DNA of 42,572 nt from Trichodelitschia bisporula (lineage: Eukaryota): positions 881,646-924,217 of the forward strand of contig ML996699.1 in NCBI GenBank assembly GCA_010356995.1. Direction: 5' to 3'. How positions within the stretch are numbered: position 1 is the stretch's first letter; every line of letters starts with the position of its first letter. Shown here piece by piece: positions 11,719 to 21,786 of the stretch. The notes below the pieces were generated by a model. It searched no databases. It was not told where the DNA came from and saw only the letters and a list, made by a program, of their open reading frames with translations. The position numbers and the translations under genes are program-made.

Positions 11719-13792
11719 ACCAGGCCTCGCAGCAACGAGGGCGTGGAGGGAGAAACTCTGCAGATGGGAAGAGTGCGGGGGATAGGTTAGAGGGAGAGAC
11801 GAATTTTTTCCGGGCTTATTTGGACGACTCTCGTTGGGGGGCATTGCGGCGGGCCAGGGAAGAGATGCGCGAGAGCTGCTGACCCCGCAAAGTGCATGCA
11901 GTATGCTGGGTGCTCGATTGGGCGCTTGAGGCAGAAGGGGATAGGGCGGGGGGCTGTGCTTGCGTGGGGGTGCGTGCGGATGCCACGCTGCGAGGGTGCA
12001 GAGTTTGCCGGCAACGTGTTCGCTGTTCGTGAAGGAGGGATGTGCGGTAGGGCAGAGTGGTGATGCGGACGGATGGAGGGTGGAGGGGAGCGGTCAGGCC
12101 ACGATTAATCAAGATTCGATGGGAGAATGGTGAGGGATGGAATGTGGTGGTGAGGAAGCGTGAGGGAGGATGGTGGTGTGTGAGGGCGGGATATGGCGCC
12201 CCCCCACGCGTGGTGTCAAACCCCACAGTGCGCAGTGGCGCGGCGCATATCCCGGTCGGTTGTGCATGCGGGCACGGCTGCGGCGGCAGACTTTTGCGCA
12301 GCGCGGCGCGGCATTGGGCAGGGAACACTTCGGCAGGCGCGGGACACATCGGCAGGACAGGGGAGATTTTGTGAAGAATATTCAGGTCTTCAATTGCTTC
12401 GGCGAATCTCTATGTACCGGTACTGCAGAAACACTCCCTCTTTGAACTCTAAACACAAGAACCTCGCACTTCCAAAAGCCTGTCAGACCACCGACACCGC
12501 CCACCAAGACCAGCCGACACGAAGTCTGACGCCAGAAATGGATTGAGATCATCGCCACGCCCGCCGAAGCGAGGGCGCACAAAGGGTGTCACTCTAGGGC
12601 AGCGCGGTCATGAAGTCATCAGCCAGGTTGTAGGTTGAGGCTCTGGTTAGGAGCTCGAAAGAGGACGTTTACTATAGAAATGATTCTATGACTGTGGGCA
12701 CCATGTTAGCAATGCATTCGGGGATTTGAACAGCGCTGTGTGAGAAGCGCTGTTTGGTGGGGGGGGGGATGGCTCACAGTAAAGTCGACTGGAGAGAAAA
12801 AGAGAGGGCGAGGTTTGGAGGCTTTTATACCCACTGGGTGAGGGTGGTGCACAGGCCAACGAGTGGTTGGACTTTCTTGGTCTTGGCGGATGAGGTTTTT
12901 GAAGGGTGGCAGGACTAGACTGTTTGTGGTTAGTGCCGCCGACCCTGCGTCTCGGTGGATCGGAGCGGGTGCTTGTCCCACGGGCTACCCGAAAAAGTCA
13001 TGCCCCCCTCTCTCCAAATTTTGGCAGAGGTCATGGCGCCGGGGTGGACATGACTTTTTCGATGAGCCTCTTGGCCCCCGTTCGAGAAGGGGATCGGCAG
13101 GGACGACATCTGAAGAATCCGGCGATGGAACAGCCTTCAATTCTTATATTGCTCATAGTAAGAACGGCTACGGATGCTGGGCTGCTTCGTGCTCTGAATT
13201 GATGGTTTGGTGCACTACGGCGAACATACCGTGTTGATCTGGGATTCGATAACATCCGCGGAGATCCCGTATCTTCGATTGAGGCTACTGCGAGATGACC
13301 TTCCCCACTAGCTGTCTCCACACACGGCGATATCTCGGTGGATCTAGGAGGAGAGTAATTATTGAAAAGGAGATGCCGTCTGTTCGCTGCTTGTTTGTCG
13401 TCTCAATAAAGTCTTCACACCCGCTGCGTGTGGTCTTTGGTTCTGCTCAGCTTCAAGGCCGGAGCGCCGTTGGCCATGACAGGTCCAGGCTCGGATCACC
13501 TATCTCTATCTTGCTCGTTGTGAGTCCAATTGCCAGAAACTCAAAGGTGTCCCACGAGAGGGTCAGAAGGTTCCCCCAGCATGACGGATTTGAAGCAAGA
13601 TGGCCGTTTCCTGAAGGGATACGACATTTGATATCGACGAGATCGTCAACTCATTTACCCCACTTTACCGGCATAGCTCCACCTTCATCGACATGAATGA
13701 TCCGAAGCTCTACGGGACCTGCGTCGGCAGCTGCTTTTTTATGCGGAGCGTTAAGCTGATCAACCACGGCGGGGACATGACCGGAAGGTGAA

Positions 13793-13962
13793 GTAGACAT
13801 GTGGCAGGAGCATTTCTAGACTAGAAGGATCATGTTACCCTTGGGAAGGAACAGGGGGCACATAATGTAATGCGCGCATAAGAGGAGGAAGGAGCATGTG
13901 AAGGTATTTGATGTCATCATGCATATTGCCTCGAGCGTCTCTCGCCTCTATTCTTCTCTTCG
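13793..13962 (+). repeat. Dispersed repeat, copy 1 of 3
   Basis: Shares ordered blocks AGAC..TGG..GGAGCATT, ATGT..GCGCAT.AGAGGAGGAAGGAGCA, TCATC and GTCTCT with 17695-17955 and 24443-24660. Confidence 0.7.
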
Positions 13963-14359
13963 GCATTTTCCTACTCGGTGGATTTGGTATCGGACTTCGG
14001 CATTTTCCTACTCGGTGGATTTGATATTGGACTTCGGTATTTTCTTACTCGGTGGACTTGGTTTTGGACTTCGACATTTTCTTGCCTTTATGCGAATTGT
14101 TACTGATGAAGTTATGGCCTATGTTGACTGTCAATGCTGGTCATGTAATGGAATCATAGGCTTGACACGTTCAAATTGCAAAAGTATGACGGGAAGAGCT
14201 GACGAATGACGAAGAGAAGAATAGAGGCGAGAGACGCTCGAGGCAATATGCATGATGATATCAAATACCTTATCCACCGAGTAGGAAAATGCCGAAGTCC
14301 GACACTAAATCTAATCCACCGGGTAAGAAAACACCGAAGTCCAACACCAAAACCACCGG
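13901..14359. repeat. Composite inverted repeat plus 37-bp minisatellite arrays
   Basis: 13901-13962 is the reverse complement of 14210-14271 (one mismatch). About 3.4 units of 37 bp lie at 13958-14083, with inverted copies at 14272-14359. Confidence 0.92.
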
Positions 14360-14368
14360 TCAGTCAAC

Positions 14369-15610
14369 CTATGCGAGCAGTGGGATCTCGCCGCTTCCGC
14401 CATAACTATAGCCACACCACCTGAGGACATTCTCTACCCACCAAATGTACTCTTTGCGGTCGATGCGGAAGTTCCGGCCATTAATCTGGACACCACCGTA
14501 TGCGCAGATGAGAAAGTCCAGTTTTTTCCTGTGCTCACTCCACCATGCATTCTCCAACTGTTGAAATATTTCCTGCTTGTAGTCGCTATGTCTCTGCAGG
14601 AAAAAACCGCCGACATGGCCGGCAACCCCAAAAACCCGGAAGCCAGGAAAGAGTACCTGCACCCAAGGCGGCCAGAACCACTCCCAATACCAAACTCAAT
14701 TCCTTGTATTGGCCCACAGTCCTCTGCTTCATACTTGTGGTGAAGGTTTTCAGGCCAGCGGACAACAGTCCCATATGGACACCTCGATCTCTGTCGCCCT
14801 TTGTCCCGCCGATGAGTCTGTCAAAGATTTTAACGAATGCCTCTATGTCCACTTCAAGCCTGGCATCAGTGATGTCTTCGAGGATCGTGCCGATGATGGT
14901 GGCGACCAGGGGAAAGCACTCGATCGGATTCGAGGCGCTTCCATTGTGGGTATGAACAGTGCTGCGCGCAGTCGCATGGATGATGTTGGCGACCTGGTGG
15001 AGACCGAGGAAGGGGGCCTTGCAGTAGGGCAGTATGTGCCTCATCACACGTTTAGGCGCCAGACCAACGAGCTCGCCGACCATTTTATCATTGCCATCGC
15101 GAATCGCAAGTCCCAGAGATCATGACGCTTGCCAGCTCAACCTTGTGATGCCTAATGACAGGTGACCCGTCCTTTGTCGTCACGATAATTCTGACCCTCG
15201 TCCTTGAGGGTTTCCCGGCGACCCGGTCGCCTCAAATCTCGCAGCGATTGGGAATCGATTGATTCAACCGGAAGGAAGTGCGTACGTGGCAATTTGTAAC
15301 CGTCTAGAACAACAGGTGGAAGGTGACGACGTGAAAATCCCCGGAAAACACCGGCATACTTTGGTCTACTCAAGTCGACGTAATAAGCGTTCGGTCTGCT
15401 GACGACGTGTAAGGTGGCGCCCGAAGAACCAGAAGTTTGATCGGAGGACAATCGGGTTCTTCGAGGGCGAGAAAGCGGACGCTTTGGTAGCGATTCTGGT
15501 AGCGATTCTGTTTCAGCAAAGCTTCCATTGAGGAAGACGGGGTGACCATTGTGCATGCGAGTAACAGTTCTAAACCATTTAGCTGCCAAAATTCCTTGGG
15601 AAGCAGCCAC
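14369..15610 (-). pseudogene. Probable disrupted gene of unknown function
   Basis: Three consecutive protein-like ORFs on one strand (15610-15152, 15083-14586, 14662-14369) are separated by stops or a frameshift that I could not explain with canonical introns. Confidence 0.4.
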
Positions 15611-16593
15611 TTACGGCTTGTAGGTATCCATAATAATTTTCGCCACAAAATTTGTTGAATATGGAGGATGCTTTGATGGAAGTGGCGGTAGAAAGTAGTG
15701 GCAAACCAAACCGCCGGCGACTTCAAGTTATGTATCGTGAACGGGTCAAGTGTGAAAGCAAGATTGGAGGTCAAGCAAAAGCACGCACAGCTCAGCCTTA
15801 CGCCTCACGCTGAGAGGGAAATGGAGGCCGCTCTCTCGGGACACTCTCAGGGAGATCTCTAGCCAGTTAGAGTTGGCGTCGAACGTGGCGCAGCACGATC
15901 GTTGTTGCCATGAGGCTAATAGTTGGCATACAGCCATGCCAGTTCGAAGGCAGAAGGCTTCGTGGGCTTCTACGGTACATTGAAACTGGCCAGATCGGCA
16001 GCAGAATACGGTACATGCTTTTTGCTTTGCAAGTTGAGCCAGGAATCTGGGTGGCGGAGGGCAATGCGGGGCCGTGAATCTGCTGCGTCCACTGCGGACC
16101 AACGGCCCCAGGGGAGTGGTTAGTGGCATGTCCCTTCTCATAGCCTTATGTCGGTTGACTCCGGACGGGTACTTATTGAATGCGGTCTCTCGGGGTATAT
16201 AGCCACCAAGGCATCGTCGTGGCGGATTCGTTGTCGTGCCGATCATGGAGACCGGAAGTCCATTTGCATTTGAGGCTGAAACAAGACGATCGCGAGTTCC
16301 ATCTCGCGCTAGAGAAGAATTAGCCTCGTGATTCGAGAACTAAAGATCGGAGAATAAAACTTCAAGTCTAACATCGCAGAATTCAAACAATCCAGGTGAA
16401 GGGTCAGACAGGCGTTGTCACCCCTCTCCGCCTTACCCCGCATGTCGTCAGCGCGGGGCTGTGGCTTAGCGTTGCGCCAGTAGCACCCCGCCGGCCCGTG
16501 CCGCACACCTTATCTCCCTTCGGACAAGATCAACCTCCCATCATCGACGCTAATCTCCCCATCCTCACGCAACATCCCCTGTAGTTCATCCAA

Positions 16594-17553
16594 ATGGCCC
16601 TCCAAGCCTCATCCCTCTTCCGCGTCGACAGCTGCGTCGCCCTAATTACAGGCGGCGGAACCGGTGCGTCCCTTTCCCAACCACAGCCTCGCTAACTCCT
16701 CACCCAGGCATCGGGCTTATGATGGCACGCGCACTCGCTGCCAACGGCGCCGCGAAGGTGTACATTGCAGGTCGACGACTAGAAGTTCTCGAGAAGGCAG
16801 CGGCCGAGACGGAGCCCGCCGGCGTGGTCGTTCCACTCGTGTGCGACGTGGCGTCACAGGAGTCCATCGTCGGCATGGCGGAGCATATCCGCTCCGAAAC
16901 CGGGTATTTGAATCTCGTGGTGTGCAATTCCGGGATCGGCGGCCCACGACACGGAAACCTGCCCGAGGGCGGTGGGATCGCAGACTTCCAGGCGCAAGTG
17001 CTGGGCACGCCGATGGGGGAGTACACGGATACTTTTGCGGTGAATGTCACGGGTGCTTATTACACCGCTGTCGCTGTGTTGGATTTACTAGACTCGGGGA
17101 ATAAAAAAGGGAATATGGAGGGCGTGAGGAGCCAGGTGCTTATTACGAGTAGTATTGCGGCGTTTAGTCGCGCCGTGGGGATGGGGTTTGCGTATGGGCA
17201 GAGTAAGGCGGCGGTTACGCATTTGACGAAGGGGTTGGCGAGTTTTCTTGCGCCGCATGGGATAAGGACTAATGCGCTTGCGCCCGGGTGTGAGTTTTTC
17301 TTTCCTGATGTTGTGGGATGGGTGCTGACGGCCAGTGTTTCCGAGTGAGTTGGCTGACCCGCTGCTGCGCGGACGAGGCATTGAGGGTGGAGGCAGTGTG
17401 CCACATACGTTTATCCCGAATGGCAAGGTGGGTGATGAACTGGATATGGGAGGTACGATATTGTATCTTGCGAGTCGGGCGGGGGCGTTTGTTAATGGGT
17501 TGATACTGGTGATTGATGGGGGGAGGCTCGCGATCTTGCCCAGCTCATACTGA
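16594..17553 (+). CDS. Short-chain dehydrogenase/reductase (classical SDR)
   Basis: Introns 16664-16707 and 17290-17335; motifs TGGGTGIG, CDV, NSG, catalytic YGQSK, NALAPG and IDGG. Confidence 0.95.
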
Positions 17554-17694
17554 GAGGTTGGAAGTGTTCTTGTGTGCTCGGTGGCTTGTGTAGGCATAGA
17601 CTGGATTTTGTCGCTAGTCCCGGATATACTAATTAGCAAGACGTGGGGCTGAAAACGACTCGTCTATCTCGCTGGACTTCAAGTTGACTCGGAT

Positions 17695-17955
17695 ACAGAC
17701 ATGGAAGGGGCATTGTTCTGTCAGGAAGGAGCCTACGTATCTCGGGAAGGAGCATACGTATCTCAGGAAGGAGCAAACTGATTAGAGGAAGGGACACGAT
17801 GTAATATGCGCATGATAGGGGGAAGGAGCATATGAGGATATCTGGCATCATCGTGCATCAATTCTTGAGTCTCTTCCTCTCATCATCTTCTCGTCTTCAC
17901 TTCAATGGTTCGTTCGAACAGTTACCTTTGCATGTGTTGGGGCGTTTGCTCCCAC
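17695..17955 (+). repeat. Dispersed repeat, copy 2 of 3, with an internal 21-bp tandem duplication
   Basis: Aligns by eye with 24443-24660 over more than 200 bp; (GGAAGGAGC[C/A]TACGTATCTC[G/A]) occurs about 2.5 times at 17723-17775. Confidence 0.75.
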
Positions 17956-18442
17956 CATCCGAATGTACCAATGGAAAAGGCGGGAGTCGGAGAACGGCCC
18001 GTCTATCTCGCAAGGGTTGAAGCTGCACTCGTCCCTTTCAGAATATCGTTAACATGATCGAACAGCCTGCATTAAAAGCATATGGACCCAGCTCTTTGAG
18101 CCTACACCACTTTTCCTTTTGGACTGAATTACATCTGCTGCCCCAAGCCCCAAGAACACTATTCCGGAACGCCGCAACCATATTGACACCACCCGAGCGT
18201 CCGATATCCGAAGGAAACCCGTCCCCAATGTACAAGACGCCTCCCTCATCGGAAATGCTGAGCACACTCGCGACCCGCCTCCCAAACGCCCGGCCTGTGG
18301 TATCTGCTTTCGGGTTCCATAAGTGGCGTGAATGGAGTGGTATCCGTTTCACAGCCAAAGGGCGGAGGTTATGCCACTCCCATGAGCCGCAACGGCCGAC
18401 TCTCCCATAGCCAACCGAAGCCTCATTCCACCAAGTTTCCCC

Positions 18443-19982
18443 TCAGTACCGATGTCCAACACCCACATGCCACCTACTCCCCTCATACTGCCTCGCGAAC
18501 CCCCCCTTCTCGAACTCATCCCCCTCCGACACCAAAAACCACCCCCAACCCCCAGCCGCAGCCAACAAAAAGACCGTCAATATCCACGCCCCCGCCTTAT
18601 CCGCCTTCATCATGACGCGCGTCGCCTCCCAATCCGTCGGCTTCGTCAGGCCGCCATTCCCGGCCCCGGGATCTCCGGTACTCGAACCGGAGTGCACATC
18701 GCTCGGCGGCCGCACATTGAGAATGAGGTTGCTTTGCACGATGCTCAGGGCCGTCATCTGATTCCCAATATCTCGCGTCCCGTCGTCCTTGGCCTCGTAC
18801 CATTTCCGCCCGCACACGACGTTGCTAGGATCGCCCGTGCACACGTTCGCTGCAGCCTGCGCGCTCTTCTGCAGCCAGGGCATGATGCGGTCGCGCGTGT
18901 ACGGGGCCATTTGCGCGGCGACAGCGAGCCAGCGCGCGAGGTAGCCCTTGAAGGACCGCTGGTCTTTGTTGCAGTTTTCGCGCGGCTCGCAGGCATATTC
19001 GACGAGGATTTGCCCGCCGTATTGTTGCGGGAAGAAGACGCGGCCTGTGCTGTTGAGGAGCCCGCTGAGGCGCTCTTTCCAGGCGGGGCTGCCGTTGGTG
19101 TGGTTGTACATCTGGGCGGTTAGCGGATGACCTTATGATGAGAGAGCGGACTCACGTATGCTGCGCCCGCGATCAGGGACCCGACGTTGTATGTCCACTG
19201 GATCTGGCCGATGGGGCCATCGCACCCCGTTTCCGTAAAGGGGATGTTATCATAAATATCATACTGCGGGCTCATAAGCGGGGAGTGCGCAATCCAATTA
19301 TACGTCTTATCTGCCCACTGCGCATACGTAGCATTCTTCGTGTAGCGCGCCAGCCGCGCCGCAAGCTGGAAAAAGCATCCGTTGCTGATGGCGTTCTTCT
19401 CCATCCATCCGTTGTTCAGCGGGTTGAACTGCCACCGCAGCCCGCCGCCGCAGTGCTTGTCGTCCCACCGGCTCGCCTGCCGGTTGAACACCGCCTGTGC
19501 GAGGGCGAGATACTGCGGCTCCTTGGGGTCTGGGTTCGGGAAGTTGAATTCCGCGGCGGACATCGCGGCGAAGGCCCAGAAGGCTTGGTCGTCGTTGCCC
19601 TCCGTCCGCGTTTGGTTCTCCGGCTCGTAGTTCGCCGATGGGCCGGCTTGGAATACAAGTGCTTGCTTCGTCATGTCGTTGTACGTGCTGTCGCCCGTGT
19701 AGTACCTTTCTCGTCAGCGGTGGACCAGAAATAATCCCAGATGCCATACCAGTACTCGACCATCTGCCCGAATAGCGCTCCCGCCTCCCACCAGTTGAAT
19801 TCGCCGGCCGCGGGGAGGAGCCCGGGTGTAGAACCCGGCTTGTCGCCGTCGTAGTAGCGCATCGCGGAGTCGGCGAGGGCTTTCGCGGCCTTTTTGATGC
19901 TCGCCGTGCTGCCGACATCGAGCGTGAGCGCGGAGACATGGTGCAGACTTTGCACTACGAGGAGCGCCCGCAGGAGCTTCAT
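18443..19982 (-). CDS. Glycoside hydrolase family 76, DCW1/DFG5-like alpha-1,6-mannanase/transglycosidase
   Basis: Signal peptide; introns 19749-19706 and 19155-19112; motifs WWEAG, EGNDDQAFW (catalytic DD), CGGGLRWQ, KNAISNGCFFQLAARLARYT, WTYN and SFKGYLARW; C-terminal hydrophobic segment. Confidence 0.96.
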
Positions 19983-20249
19983 TATCGTCGTTTGCCCAGG
20001 AGATGCAGCATGAGATCGTGATGGCGGTGCAGTGATGGGACGGTCGTGAGGGATGGATGGGTTGTTGGGTTATGGCGATGGGATGCACGAGATGACGTCC
20101 GCTGTCTGGTTGTCTAGGTGGCAGGAAAACAGGACATCAGGGGCGGGCGCTGGGTGCGCTGCGCTGGGGAGTTAATCTATGTAGATCACGCTTGCATACG
20201 GGGAGTGCTATATGGGGAACAGGGATGGGGGGAGCGGGGGGGCGAGTCG

Positions 20250-20250
<1 letters not shown>

Positions 20251-20281
<31 letters not shown>
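20251..20281. repeat. Poly-G tract (about 31 nt) upstream of the GH76 gene
   Basis: Directly visible in the sequence. Confidence 0.95.
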
Positions 20282-20282
<1 letters not shown>

Positions 20283-21159
20283 ATATGCATGGGCGTGGTA
20301 CGGGACTGATGTGTGGGGAGTGAGGGATTGACATTGTTGTTTTGATGGTGTTTGTGGGTGGGAGATACGATGTGCGTGGAAGTGTCGCGTGTTGAGGCTG
20401 GAGGGTTGGGTGGTTGAGGCATATTGCTGGCACTGTATATTAGACGCCGGGTACGGCAGGGAAGGCCACGGACGGTTTGCTGAGGCTTGGAATGGCTGGG
20501 GGAGCGGTGGGATCTGGGGAGGTTCGAGGCCAGGCGTTTCGGGTTGCTGACAGTGCTCGGCTTTGGCCTGTGATGCTGGGGATGGAGAGGGATGGGGTTG
20601 TGGGTTTCAAGTGCTTCACATGATCACTGAAGATGGGATATCACGTGGAGACAAGGGTCGATATCGGACGACATCGACGACGTCAGACAAGAAGAAGATG
20701 AACGAATTCAATTGACAAATCACCAACAATGGATACAAGTACAAGTATGAAAGCAGCAGCAAGAACGCAGCAAGAACCGAACGCGAGACAGAAAGCAAAA
20801 TCGCGTGTACAACGCTCATTCCTATCAGGAGAACGACCCATGAGCCCAACCACCAGACGAGAAACTCAATGGAAAAGACCGTCAGAAAGCATCGCGCATC
20901 TAGCAGCCGAAACCACTCGCGAAATGCGGAGCGCACTCATCATGTAGGCCAATTCCATCGAGGTAGACGTACAAGCATGAAATGAACGACTGTCGCGGAA
21001 CGCAGCACAGAAAACAGAACGCAGCGACGCTGAACGCAAGACAGAAAGCAACGCAGAACGCAGGACAGAAAGTAAAGCAATAAAACGTCCACTCCCATCA
21101 AGATGGTCATACCACAGGCTGATCCACCAGACAGGAGGCCCCGAGGAAAAGGCCCATTC

Positions 21160-21751
21160 GCGCAAATCTAGCAGCCAAAGTCACCGATGCAACGCCTTGC
21201 CTCGCAGACTATGCGGCGTCAGCCACCCGTGAAAGACGAAGCCGGGCCACATCTAGCAACCGAGACCGCTTTGACGACTGCCCATGAGATGCGAAGCCTC
21301 GCATAACTATGCGGCGTGAGCCACCCGTGAAATGTAAAGCCGGCGCAAGTCTAGCACGCCGAAGCCACTATTTGACAGCCGCCCCGAAATGCGGAGTACC
21401 GGTCAAGAAACCCCGACGAAAAAGGCCTATCAGAAACCATCGCGCGAATCCAAGCTACCGAAGCCGCTCATCATACGCGAAGGATACTCATCATACTAGG
21501 CAAAAGCTAGCCACTCCGCTCTCTAACAGCTGCCCAGGAGATGCGAAGCCTCGCATAACTATGCGGCGTGAGCCACCCGTGAAATGTAAAGCCGGCGCAA
21601 ATCTAGCACGCTGAAGCCACTATTTGACAGCTGCCATGAGGTGCGGAGTGCCAGACAAGAAAGGAAAGCAAGGCCTATCAGAAACCCATCGCGCGAAATC
21701 CAAGCAGCCGAAGCCACTCATCATATGCGAAGAGGTACTCATCATACTAGG
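21160..21751. repeat. Nested tandem repeat: about 252-bp duplication built from about 100-bp subunits
   Basis: GAGATGCGAAGCCTCGCATAACTATGCGGCGTGAGCCACCCGTGAAATGTAAAGCCGGCGCAA occurs at 21286 and 21538, with a partial third copy at about 21199. Confidence 0.9.
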
Positions 21752-21786
21752 CCATCCGCAACGTGCACCAACACCCACTAGCCCGT

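Noticed and set aside
13958..14083. 37-bp repeats resembling a CRISPR array in unit length
   Set aside because: The units are directly adjacent with no unique spacers, there are no cas genes, and the context is eukaryotic.
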